Source: Antedon mediterranea (lineage: Eukaryota; Animalia; Echinodermata). From it: a DNA stretch of 64,000 nucleotides. The stretch is from the NCBI RefSeq assembly GCF_964355755.1, contig NC_092678.1:7518422-7582421 (forward strand), given 5' to 3'. How positions within the stretch are numbered: position 1 is the stretch's first letter; every line of letters begins with the position of its first letter. The translations under genes were made by a program, and so were the position numbers. The notes under the pieces are model-generated. The model was not told the DNA's origin. It saw only the letters and a list, made by a program, of their open reading frames with translations, and made no database searches. Shown in pieces: positions 51,110 to 64,000 of the stretch.

Positions 51110-51657
51110 AGATGTATTGTCCCTTTGTCAAATTCCAAAAAAATAAAAAATAAAAGATTTCGAAAAAAAGTGGGTCATTTTGAAGTATCATAATAGTTAT
51201 TAACTTTCACCAAAAATTTGTCGGAAAAAAAAAAAATTTATCTAAAATACAGACGTTTTTTGGTTCAAAAAATAACTTTGACTTCCAGTCACAGTTTTCG
51301 ATCAAAACATATCTCATAATGCAACGCGCTTATTTGGCTACTCTGTATGCATAATCATAAAACTTCCTCGCGATTTCGGTGAAAACACCTTCTCAACCGT
51401 GACGAGTTGTAAACAATCCTAATTAGCATCATGCATAATGTATAATTATGGTTTGAAATCTTTGTTTACGTTCGCTCGCGACGATTTTCCAGACGAAATG
51501 TAATCAAATTAATTTAGCTGTTAATTACGTAAACCTGTTGTTTTTGGCTCGAATTTTCGACTGAAAGTGAATAACTTTAATATTACTTTGATATGGCCAA
51601 TTTAAATTTAGAATATTCTGACCTTCATTTTTTTGTGTTTCAAGGGACAATACATCT
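51110..51657. mobile_element. Kolobok-like MITE
   Basis: 16-bp TIR AGATGTATTGTCCCTT/AAGGGACAATACATCT, with TTAA on the left only. A related right end (ACAATACATCT-TTAA) occurs at ~16649-16663. Confidence 0.65.
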
Positions 51658-51768
51658 AGGTGGAAAATACTGTGCAGAGTAATTGGTTACTGCTAGTAAT
51701 CAATAATGACATGTAATGTATACAGTAAATTAATGATAAGAGTTTTAGTGAGAATCTTTAGATTTTTA

Positions 51769-54700
51769 GTTATCCGCTTGGTATACCAAGCGGATAACTC
51801 CTTGTTATTGTACGAGATCAACATTTTTTTTCTGTATTATTAGTTATCCGCTTAGTAGCGGATAACTGCTTGTAATCGTCCTGTTACTTTTTTTTTTTTT
51901 TGGTTATCCGCACTTGGCGGATAACCTCTTGTTATTGTCAGGATCTTTTTTTTTTTTTTTTTGGTTATCCGCAACGAAGTTGCAGGATAACCTCTTGTGA
52001 TTGTACGAAATCATCATCAACATCAACTTTTTATTTCTCTTCTTTCTTTCTGTATGATTTTTGTGGAACGCTTTTCTCGAAAACTTGCAAACATAACATT
52101 TTGTAACTTTCTCAACATATCGTCATGCACATGAAGATGTGCAGCGAAGCTTTTCATGATATTTACAATTGCGCAACGTGACCTACGCGCGATTTAACGA
52201 TTTTGTCGTATTTAACATAGCTCGACAACCAAATAACATTTCAACTTGAAACTTTGCAAAAGTTTAATTTATATCATGCGCTAACTTTCTGTTGAAAAAA
52301 AATTGCGTGTTTTACACAAAGTTACGCGCACACGCGCATATAAAATTTCAAAATGCGCAAAATTAATTTATAATCAACTTTCTACGCGTTTCATGTCGTT
52401 TTAAGCATGTCAAAAATTCCCACGCGTGCGCACATTTTTACGTGTGCGGTGCGCACGTAGCATTGAAAACGTATTTTTTTCGCGTGATTTATGTTGTTCC
52501 AGCTTTTTCAAGTAATTTTACCAAATTTTAAACAATTTCGACTTAAAGATACGTCATACGAGCACGTCGAATTGGACAATTGGCGCGCGTTTTTTATGAA
52601 AAGGTTAAAAAATTCGTTTAAAATATGCCTTTTTTTAAACAGTCGTAATTTCTAAACTAGACGGTCAACTTTTTGTGGATGGCATATTCTGGAAGTAGAT
52701 GAGTTGTAGATATCGAATCAGGTAGTAATATGGCTAACTGGACATTGTGACGTCATCGTATGGCCACACGAATATAAAATTTAGGATTTTTGTATCTTTC
52801 GTCATAGCTCATCACATTGAATAGAGCGCATCTCCACTTATCCGTTTTCCATTTTCACCCCGATTTTGATATTGTCTAGGTCAATCAAGTATCTTTCGCA
52901 TGAGTTAAAAATATTTTAATTTTTTTGACGTCATCATGCCTAAAAATTTAAATCACGTGTGGCATTAATTTCATCTTTACAGTAAATTTTAATCTGTTAT
53001 AGCTCGTAAGAATAAAATGTGATAATCACGATTAAAACTTTTTCTGGAAGCTATTGGATTGTAGATACGAAATTATGTAAAAATGTTGCCAATCGGATGT
53101 TGTGACGTCATCATATGGCTAGTTAAACAAAAAAGGTCGTATTTTCATCTTTTGCGTCATAATTCATTACATTTAAAAGAGTGCGCATCAATATTTCACG
53201 TATTCAAATTTCTTCTACACGCTAATACGTTGTTGCTGAGATAATTTCCTTTCGGAATTGCTACCTTCGCGTTTCATTTTAAAACCGTCAACATGTTAAA
53301 AATTGCAATAAATAGCGGGTCCCGTAATTTCACCTATTCTACACTGTATGTGATATGGATACAGATACTGTGTATACTATATATGAATTTAAATAATAAA
53401 ATTCAGCAATAACAACATATCATATTCTTCAGTTCAGGTCATAATGCCAACGTGAACACTTCCTTTTGTCCTCAACCTATCCTCTTAATGTTTATGTTGC
53501 ACCACTTGCGCGGCGGATAACCAAACTCGTCAAAGTGACGAGTTACATGTCTAGTTTTTTCTATGTTATTCTTCTTTCTTTCCCAAAATTTTGTGTCACG
53601 TGTATCTCAAATTCTGATCAACATTACATCGTATAAGTTTGTCAGAAGATTTACCTCTATGTGTAGAAGTGCAGGACAGCTCGTTTTTTTACTTTAGAGT
53701 CGCGCAGCGTAAGCTACGCGCGATTTTATGAATTTCGCGTATTTAACATAGACTAAAAAGCAAAATTCATTTTGTAATGACACTTGGTGAACATTTAAGT
53801 CATATCAAGGGCAAACTTTCTATGGATTAAAAATGGCATGTTTGACATAAAGTTACGCGCGCATGCGCGTTTAAAATTTCAAATTGCGAAAAATCCATTT
53901 CTAATCAACTTTCTACGCGTTTTAGGTCATTTTGAGCATTTCAAAAATTCCCACGCGTGCGCATATTTTTTACGCGCGCGTGCGCACATAGCGCAAAAAC
54001 ATCTTTTTTTTGCTTGATTTTTGTTTTTTCAGCCTTTTCTAGTAAATTTACCAATTTTCAATCAATTTTGACTTAAAATCACGTCATACGAGCACGTAGA
54101 ACTGAACAATTTGCGCGCGTTTTTGAAGAAAAAGTTCAAACATTCGTCGAAATTATGCCTTTTTTAAAACAGTCATAGATTGTAAACTACGAGGAGAACT
54201 TTTTTTAAATTACACATTCTGGAAGATAATGAGTTGTAGATATCGAATCATGCATCGATATGGCTAACAGGACATTGTGACGTCATCGTTTGGCCACTCG
54301 AATATGAAATATAGGATTTTTGTCTCTTTCGTCATAGCTCATCACATTTAATAGAGCGCATCTCCACTTATCCGTATTCCATTTCCCCCCATTTTGTTAT
54401 ATTGTCTAGGCCAATCAATTATCTTTCGCATAATTTACCGTTTTTAAAATTGTGATGACGTCATCATGTCCAAAAGCGTCAATAACTTTGGTGCTTTATT
54501 TTCACCTATTCTGCACTGTATGTAGTACGTATACAGTATATAGCGTATACCGTATATACTCAGACGTGACGAAAAATAGAGAGCGCACTGAAATTGTTTC
54601 AATGACTTAATCGTTTTTCTGCGCGCAATATTTTAATGTATGACGTGCACGTGGCCTTTGCGCTGCGGATAACCTAACTCGTCCGTAGTGACGAGTTCAA

Positions 54701-57700
54701 ATCTAGTTTTTCTTATTTCTTTCTCCCTCATTTTTGTGTCTCACGTATCTCAAAAACTTGTAAACATAACATTTCATTACTTTGTCAACATATGGGCATT
54801 TACGTGAAGTTGTGCACCTCCTATTTTTGAATGACGTCAGAGTTGCGCAACGTGACTTACGTGCGATTTTATGATTTTTTATGATTGAACATAGACTAAA
54901 AACCAAGCATAAATTTGTTTTGACACTTTGTGAAAATTTAAGTCATATCAAGGGAAAACTTTTTGTGGATTAAAAATGGCATGTTTTACAAGACGTTACG
55001 CGCGCACGCGCATTTCTCTTCTATTTTTGTGTCTCGCGTATCTAAAAAACGTGTAAACATAACATTTCATAACTTTGTCAACATATGGGCATTCACGTGA
55101 AGTTGTGCACCTCCTATTGTGAATGACGTCAGAAATGCGCAACGTGACTTACGCACAATTTTATGAATTTCGCGTATTTAACATAGATTTAAAACCATAT
55201 AACAATTTAAATTGAAACTTAGCAAAAGTTTAATTTATATCATGCGCTAACTTTCTGTGGATAAAAAATTGCGTGTTTTAAACAAAGTTACGCGCGCACG
55301 CTAATTTAAAATTAAAAATGCGAAAAATCAATTTCTAATCAACTTTCTACGTGTTTCATGTCATTTTAAGCATGTAAAAAAGTCCCACGCGCGCGCTTTT
55401 TTTTACGCGCGCGGTGCGAACGTAGCGTTGAAAACCATTTTTCTCTCGTGATTTATGTTTTCAAGCCTTTTATAGTAATTTTACCAACTTTGAAACAATT
55501 TCGACTTCAAATTACGTCATACGGGCACGTCGAATTGGATAATTTATGTGCGTTTTTGAGGAAAAAGTTCAAACATTTGTCAAAATTATACCTTTTTTTA
55601 AACAATCATAGATTCTAAACTACAAGGTGAACTTTGTTTAAATTACATATCCAGGAAGATGATAAGTTGTAGATAAGGAATCATGCATTGATATGGCAAA
55701 CCGGACATTGTGACGTCATCGTATGGCCACGTGAATATAAAATATAGGATTTTTGTATCTTTCATCATAGCGCATCTCATTTAATAGAGCGCCTCTCTAC
55801 TTATCCGTATTCCATTTTAACCCAGATTTTGAAATTTTCTAGGTCAATCAACTATCTTACGCAAGAGTAAACATTTTTTTATTTTTATGACGTCATAATT
55901 GTCTAAAAATATAAATAACGTGGGTCACTTATATTTATCTTTACAGTAAATTTTAATCTGTTATAGCTCATCAGAATAAAATGTGATAATCACGATTAAA
56001 ATGTTTTCTGGAAGCTATTGGATTGTAGATACGAATTCATGTAAACATTTTGCCAATCGGATGTTGGGACGTCATCATATGGCCAGTTGAATAAAAAAAG
56101 ACGTATTTTCATATTTTGCGTAATAGTTTATCACATTTAAAAGGGTGCGCATCTATATTTTACGTATTCAAATTTTTTCTACACGTTAATATGTTGTTCC
56201 TGAGATAATTTCCTTCTGAAATTGCTATCTAAGTGTTTCATTTTGATTCCGTCGCCATGTTAAAAATTGGAATAAATGGCGGGTCCCGTAATTTCACCTA
56301 TTCTACACTGTATGTAATATGTATACAGATTATACTGTTTGCATGTATATACTATATGACACAAAATTGACAGAATTCAGCACTAACAGCATATCATATT
56401 CTTCAGTTCAGGTCATAATGCCTTAATATTTTTCTGTGTGCAATATTCTAACGTATGACATGCGTGTGGCGTTTGTCGAGCGGATAACTAACTCGTCAAA
56501 GTGACGAGTTTCATGTCTAGTTCTTCTTTCCTTCCTTCCTTTTTGTGAGTCGCGTTTCTCTAAAATGTGTAAACATAACATTTCATAACTTTGACAACAT
56601 ATGGGCATTTACGTGAAGTTGTGCACCTCCTATTTTTGAATGACGTCATAGTTGCGCAACGTGACTTACGCGCAATTTTATGAATTTCAATGATTGATCA
56701 TAGATTAAAAACCAAAAGTCATTTAGTATTGACACTTTGACAAAATTAAGTCATATCAGGGGCAAACTTTCTACGGATTAAAAATGGCATGTTTCACAAG
56801 AAGTTACGCGCGCACGCGCATTTAAAATTTCAAAATGCGCAAAATTAATTTCTAATCAACTTTTTACGCGTTTCATGTCATTTTGAGCATGTCAAAAATT
56901 CCCACGGGCGCGCAATTTTTTACGCACGCGGTGCGCACGTAGCGATAAAAACATATTTTTTTCTCTTGAATTATATTTTTCAAGCCTTTCCTAGTAATTT
57001 TGAAAACAATTTAGAACTTTTCCAGTTTAAATAACGCCATACGAACACGTTGAATTAGACAATTTGTGCGCGTTTTTTATGAAAAAGCTTAAAAAATCAT
57101 TAAAATAATGTCTTTTTTTAAACAGTCATAGTTTCTAAAGTAAACCGTGAACCGTTTATTTTTATTACAAAATCTAGAAGTTGATGAGTTGCAGATATCG
57201 GATCATGCATCGATAAGGCTAAAAAAACATTGTGACGTAATCGTATGGCCACACGAATGTAAAATATAGGATTTTTGTCTGTTTCGTTATTGCTCATCAC
57301 ATTCAATGGAGCGCATCACGCTTATCTGTATTCCTTTTTCTCCTATATTTATATATTGTCTAGGTCAATCAACTTTCTTTAGCATGAGAAAAAAATATTT
57401 ACATTTTTATAACGTCATCATGCCTAAAAATTTTAATTACGTGGGTCATTAATTTCATCTTTACAGTAAATTTTAATCTGTAATAGCTCGTAAGAATAAA
57501 ATGTGATAATCACGATTAAAACGTTTTCTGGAAGCTATAGGATTGTAGATACGAATTCATGTAAACATTTTGCCAATCGGATGTTGTGACGTCATCATAT
57601 TGCCAGTTGAATAAAAAAAGTCGTATTTTCATATTTTGCGTAATAGTTCATCACATTTAAATGTGCGCGCACCAACATTTTACGTATTCAAATTTCTTCT

Positions 57701-58065
57701 ACACGTTAATATGTTGTTGCTAAGATAATTTTCTTCAGAAATTGCTATCGTTGTGTTGTTTTTTTTATGACGTCATCATGTTAAATATTTGAATTAAAGG
57801 CAGGTCCCATAATTCAGTTAATATGTCATATAATATACAGTAGTACAATGTACACCAGCATAGTCTCTGATGTGAGCAAATTGTTGTTTGCCGCCCTCTG
57901 TATCATGTAGAATTAATGTCTCCTTTTATACACAGTGTACTGTATAATTATAATACAAGGCGAAAATACAGGACCACCTCTTATTATAGTTTTTAACGTA
58001 TGACGTGCACGTGGCATCTGTCGTGCGGATAACTAACTCGTCAAAGTGACGAGTTTCATGTCTAG
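51769..58065 (+). mobile_element. Stack of four nested non-autonomous Helitron/Helentron-like elements
   Basis: Four 5' heads (GTTATCCGC...GC(A)GGATAAC) at 51769, 51843, 51903 and 51964. Four homologous 1.1-1.8 kb bodies follow, each ending GCGGATAAC + hairpin AACTCGTC...GACGAGTT + CTAG at 53554, 54706, 56520 and 58065. Confidence 0.8.
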
Positions 58066-58458
58066 TTGGTTTTAATACTGTACAGAATAGTGGAAAAGAA
58101 TACAAAAAAGATGTATATAACCCTCATTGTAAATTGATGTATTGTACTTGTATGTGTTATGCACAGTTCGCGGGATCCTGCTGGGATTTGCGTAAAATCC
58201 CACCGGGATCCTACTTGAATTTTAAAAAAACTATCAGAATTTCCGGCGGGCAAATTATAGTCGGGATTTCCGCTGGGATTAATACAATCCCATCGGGATC
58301 CCATTTGAATTTACAAATTTTTTTTACTAGGATTAGAGTTGTTAGTCATCTTCTGAGCAGTTTCCAAAGCAATTTTGTTTTATTGGAAGAAAATAGTTAC
58401 TTTTACCAGATGTGTGGCACTGTAACATTGTTCATAATAAAAAAATATATATACTTAC

Positions 58459-58695
58459 AATTTACAGTAACTGTAAATGTACAGATGTCTGTTTTACCAG
58501 CACTATTTGTAACATAACAAATAACAACAGTTGAACCAATACTAAAATATGAACCAGAAGGTGGAGTACAACTTGCTGACAAATAAGAATCATCATAATT
58601 TTGGACATAGAGGTCGTCCCAAACAACTGTAATTTGGTCTGTGTCTGAACTTTGTTCAATGTTACTCGGGCAGGTCACACTGGGATAACCAACAT
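58459..58695 (-). CDS. HYR domain exon 1 in window (most divergent)
   Basis: 237 bp, AG at 58697-58696, GTAAGT donor, phase 1-1. Translates PSVTCPSNI...VVWDD...CTPPSGSYFSIGSTVVIC...C.FTVTVN. Upstream exons and a signal peptide were not found in the window. Confidence 0.85.
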
Positions 58696-59059
58696 CTACA
58701 AGAAGAAACTTTGATGTTTAAGCAAAATATTAAAAAAAAATGTTCATCATTTAATGCTGGTTCAATTAATGTTTTCCAGTCAACATTTTCATATGATAAA
58801 ATGACTAGTAGGTACCTGTCCAATGGATGGGCACCGTGATAAATTAAGTGCCTACATGTTCTAGAAATGGTTATGTCGATATATGTATATGACACGTTAT
58901 TGTGAGAGTCTAACAACGCAGAGTATTTATATTATATAATATCCTGCATTTATAAAGCTCTTTATGTTGTGAAACCTCTCTAAACGCTGATCATACAGTA
59001 GAAACTGAGGGAAAAAACTAAACCAGTTGTGGCTCGGTCATCTCGGACTCGAGCGCCTC

Positions 59060-60535
59060 CTACCCTAGTAAAGAAAGATCGTCAAGATCAAGATGAGATT
59101 ATACAGTCGTTCGCTGCACGTGTTCGTGGACAGTCGTCTGTTTGCAAATTCACTGTAAAGTGTACGGATTCCCAGATCATTATCTATTATTCAGATGAGA
59201 TGGTGAAAGATGTTTTAATACATGGCCTTGCAGATCAGGAGATTCAGCTTGACCTACTTGGGGAGCGCAACCAAGATATGACATTGGAAGCTGTAATTTC
59301 GTATATCGGGGCAAAAGAAGCTGGTAAGCGTCGCGTTCTTTATCTCGTCTTACAACTACAGGAGCATTGGCCAGCAGCTCATATCGACAACTGCAGAAGC
59401 AACAGGCTAAGATTGGCTCTGAACCAATTTGTACCTATTGCGGTAATAAAGGACATGGTGCAAGGAGTTCACCAATGATGCGCAGGCAGGTATGCCCTGC
59501 CTATGGTAAAACCTGCTCCAAATGTGGCATTAAACATCATACTGAATCAGTCTGTCGATCTTTGTCAAGGAAAGAGAATGCTATCAGTACCACAGCGTTG
59601 GGTACAACATTCCATGCAGATATGGTTGTTGCTCGGCCTTTTGCTCTTGACCATCACATATATGATGACTTTAATGACACCTGGATTCGAAAGAAAGCAG
59701 AACCGCATCCATTCACCAAGCTTATGGTATAAACCTTACCAGATGACTATCGAGCACTGGGGTATAACCTCTCACAAAGTACTCCAAAAATTAAAGCTTT
59801 GGTCATGGCTGATACTAGTTGCTTGGTTGGTATTGATATTTTACGTCGGCTACAGATGAAAGTTACTCAGCTCCTACCAGTCTCGATGAAAATGAAAGCT
59901 GCAAATAATGGCGGCGGCGCCGCCATCCTTCGATATAGTGGTATCGATGAACTTGATAAGACTGTCACTACTAGACAAGTTACGTATATCACAGAAAGCT
60001 CAGAAAAAAATATTTTCTTAGTCGTGAGGCTTGTAAGCACTCGGTATAGTCTCCAAGTCCTTCCCAATGATAGGTAATGATAGATAGAAACACCTAGGTT
60101 GGTGCCGATGACGACAACCCTACCCGCCCACGAACTTGAGACTGTCGCGTGCAAGTGCCCACACAGAAAAGCACCACCACCTATGCCAAACAAACTGTCC
60201 TGTGAGGCTACAGACGGGAATCGAAAACGGCTTGAAAACTTTCTATTAGAATATTATGGATCAAGCACCTTCAATGTCTGTGAACACCAACCACTGCCTC
60301 TTATGACGGTTAAGCCTATGAAGTTGATGATTGACCCCGGGCCAAACCTGTTGCACATCAAACTCCAGTCCCAGTTCATCTCCACTGGCGAGAAGCAGTT
60401 AAGGCTGGTCTAGATAAAGACTTCCGACTTGAACCTGATCCAGTTGGTGAACCAGTCACTTGGTGTCATCGTATGGTCATATGCGCTAAGAAGAATGGTA
60501 AGATAAGACGCACAGTCGATTTACAGTCATTAAAG
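59060..60535 (+). pseudogene. Decayed Gypsy (Mag-like) gag-protease-RT fragment
   Basis: Frameshifted pieces: QDQDE...FAARVRGQ...LIHGLADQEIQ (capsid), CTYCG...CPAYGKTCSKCGIKHH...C (knuckles), MADT (protease remnant), and VTWCHRMVICAKKNGKIRRTVDLQSL (RT start). No LTR pair was found. Confidence 0.85.
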
Positions 60536-61099
60536 GAGGAAGGTGTTAGAATATTCAACAATATGTGACCTACATGTCTTCCTACAAATTGGTCAAAAGA
60601 CGGGTATCGGATTCTGGCTGCTTCAGAAGCATTGCGAATGTCCATCGACCATCCCATTCTGCTACACTTTCAAAATTCCTTTTTATGTTATAATTGACCA
60701 ATTAATGGAGTGTTTATTTGAATCAGTTTTTGTTGATTATTTATAATATATGAAAGATAGGATCTTGGCAGTGTAAATACAATAGCCGATATCACTGCAC
60801 ATCGAGTCACTTGCATAAAAACAACCTGATCAAAAATTCCTCCGCCTATGTCATAAGCCTCCCTTGTTACATAATAATAAAGACAGAAGTTTCTCTTCTC
60901 AGGCGTATAATGTATACACTACACAAAGAATTAACATAGAACAAACAATACGGATAAAAAAAAAAAATTGTTTTGGTAAGGTGAGACTCAATCTTGGTAC
61001 CTCGAGTGCTATAGACGCAATCACAGACCACCGAGACCACCGAGCCATACTGTATACACACCTGAATAGAAGTTGAAGAAAATATTCTGGGCATTTATA

Positions 61100-64000
61100 T
61101 GCAGTAACCACTTATTACATATTATTACATACTTCAATGAATCATAATTTTTTATTATGACATCTATAAACATTTTAAAAAACGATGAACTGTCCAAGTA
61201 TATACTTTCAACGTTAATATATGAACATTTTAAAGAAGACGGTTAATGTTAAGTTTGTTATTTCGGTCCAAGAAAATGTTATAGTTTGTTTGATTGTCAA
61301 AGTTATTAAAAACAAATGAATATGCAATTAATGATGACGTAATCAACTTTTTTTTTCTTAATTTCATAATGAATCATACATATGATACATAGAAACTAAA
61401 ATGCAAAATAGGGGTTCTCCGAGCATTCTGACAATCTATATTATTTTTAAAATTAAGCATATTTTCCATTTTGCTAACTTATATGTGCGTAGCCTGTCAC
61501 ATTTAACATGCTCGTATACCGTGGTTTATAGTTGAAAAGTACATAAAATATAATGAAAAGAAAGGTTGTAAAACAGAAATCGTAAGAGTGTGCATTATCG
61601 TTAACGTGGAGTGCGCACTCATGGTTTTTTAAATGCTTAAAATTGCCTGAAACGTACTCTAGTTTCATCAAAAATGAATTTTGAACATTTTAAGCGCGCG
61701 TACACATGAGTTATATGAGCTACGCACGTATATGATGCAATATGACCTGAAATTTTATGAGTACCAAATTTGGTTTAATTATGATACATGCTTGTGAAGA
61801 TGTGATTACAAACGTGATATTGCGCATATAAACAAGATAACCACATCGATTCCTAAAAATTGACGTAGCTAGATGAAATTAATCTCAAGATAATTGATGA
61901 ACAAAGTAATGCTATGGAAAGAATAAATAAATAAATAAAGATCCTGACAAAATCAATCTTAACTAGAATTTAATTCGTCACTTTGACGAATTATAGGTGA
62001 TCATTTTTATCATTTTATTGACATTCATATTTTTGAAACATGCACGTATGTTAACATACAATCGGAAAATGTTGATGTATGCCATCCTATTATACGCTTA
62101 TAGTGCTGAGTTGTGCCTATATGCCATATACAATATGTACAGTATATACTGTACTGTGTATATCTATATACAGTGTAGCATAGGTGAAATTACGGACACA
62201 CATCATGTTCTAAGTTTTTGGCACTGATGACATTATCAAAAAAAACTTGTGGATAACAATATTGAAAGATAATGAATTTAGCAATAAAATATAACAATTG
62301 GAAGAAAATTTGGCACGTAGAAGGGCCGTGCGCGCTCTTTAAAAATTGTATAACTTTGACGAAAGAGATGAAAAAACTACTTTTTAAATTCAACTGGCCA
62401 TAAGATAACGTCACAACATCTCATAGGCTTAATTTTTGTATGAATTCATATCTACATTTCACCAGCTATCATACTAAATTATAAACATCGAGGTCAACTT
62501 TAATTCAGAAGAGCTGTAAGGTATTCAAATATACGTTGTAGGTAAAATTACGTAACCACCGTTATTTAAATTTTAAGACGTGATAACGTTATCCAAAAGA
62601 AAATATTGGCAACTCATAAGTAACATAATTGGTTGAGGTAGAATATGTTAAAAATTAAAAGAAAATTGATCACAGATAAGCGAGTTGCGCTCTGTTGAAT
62701 AAGGTGGTCTATGACAAAAGGGGAAAAACACCTATTTTCAAAATTCATGTGGCCAAATGATGACGTCATACCAATTTGTACGTCTAATGTGTATATACAT
62801 TTATTTATACAACTCATTGGCTTTGACGAATTATACTGTAGGTGATCATTTTTATCATTTTATTGACATTCATATTTTTGAAACATGCACGTATGTTAAC
62901 ATACCATCGGAAAATGTTGATGTATGCCATCCTATTATACGCTTATAGTGCTGAGTTGTGCCTATTATATGCCATAATACAATATGTACAGTATATACTG
63001 TACTGTGTATATCTATATACAGTGTAGCATAGGTGAAATTACGGACACACATCATGTTCTAAGTTTTTGGCACTGATGACATTATCAAAAAAAAACTTGT
63101 GGACAACAATATTGAAAAATAATGAATTTAGCAATAAAATATAACAATTGGAAGAAAATTTGGCACGTAGAAGGCTGTGCGCGCTCTTTAAAAATTGTAT
63201 AACTTTTGCGAAATATACGTTGTAGGTAAAATTACGTAACCACCGTTATTTAAATTTTAAGACATGATAACGTTATCCAAAAGAAAATATTGGCAAATTA
63301 TAAGTAACATAATTGGTTGAGGTAGAATGTGTTAAAAATTAAAAGAAAATCGATAACAGATAAGCGAGTTGCACTCTGTTGAATATGGTGGTCTATGACA
63401 AAAGGGGAAAAACCCCTATTTTTCAAAATTCATGTGGCCAAATGATGACGTCATACCATTCTGAACGTCTACTGTGTATATACATTTATTTATACAACTC
63501 ATTGGCTTCCATAATAAGTTAAAAAAATTGGGGGTCACCTTTCATTCTGAAAAGTTATATTCATTTTAAAAAGGCCCTACTTTTTACCATTTTTAGCACT
63601 TTTGTACATTTAATGTGCGCATTTTGTCATGTTTAACGTGCTCGTATATATTTTAAGTCGGAATGGACTCAAAGTTGGAGAATGTACTAAGGATTGTGAG
63701 TAGAATGTGATGTATACATCAAATTTTATTTTTTACGCTTTTTAAAACTCGCGTAGCCAAAAATATGTTTTTGCGCAGTAATTTTTTGAAACACGCAAAT
63801 GGCCTATTTCATGCTCTAAATTGATCAAAACTTAATTTTGAGCTTTTTAAAATTTTAATGCGCGATTTCACGCGCATGACCTTGAAACACGCAATTTTTT
63901 ATTTGCTAATACTTTTACCTTTGACCTGAAGTTTACGTGTAGTAAATTTCATTAATATGTGATAATGAATTATGGAGATATGATTGACAATGTGATTTCA
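61100..64000 (-). mobile_element. Helitron/Helentron-like non-autonomous elements (same superfamily as 51769-58065), nested, with internal duplication
   Basis: Minus-strand 3' end: hairpin AATTCGTCA-AAG-TGACGAATT and CTAG at 61966-61963, abutting a head-like TTGTCAGGATCTTTATTT segment. 61981-62360 is duplicated at 62821-63210, and 62530-62822 at 63212-63508. Confidence 0.65.

Overview
This is AT-rich, intron-rich eukaryotic DNA, most likely from a marine invertebrate such as an echinoderm (inferred from the hyalin/HYR repeats and the repeat landscape). No prokaryotic features are present. Two spliced host genes lie on the minus strand. (1) A PH-domain protein with a long acidic, Tyr-motif-rich region: five exons between 17375 and 2053, continuing off the left edge. 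(2) A single-pass receptor made of 11 symmetric phase-1 HYR exons (58695-39363), a transmembrane exon (39060-38970) and a cytoplasmic-tail exon (27690-27528). The receptor's last coding intron holds a recent Gypsy LTR retrotransposon with a PNMA-like gag, tRNA-Pro PBS and -1 frameshift signal; its gag is itself split by a 2.7-kb TIR element with a 4-bp TSD. Other introns hold a 5'-truncated L1/Tx1-type LINE with a 17-bp TSD and a four-level nested stack of Helitron/Helentron-like elements. The window also has MITEs, SINEs, a Penelope remnant, a decayed second Gypsy and several minisatellites. The most intriguing signals are a 32-nt intronic antisense copy of the conserved HYR exon core, which could pair with many of the HYR exons in the pre-mRNA, and the self-nesting Helentron-like stack. 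All calls come from reading the sequence by eye; no searches were run.
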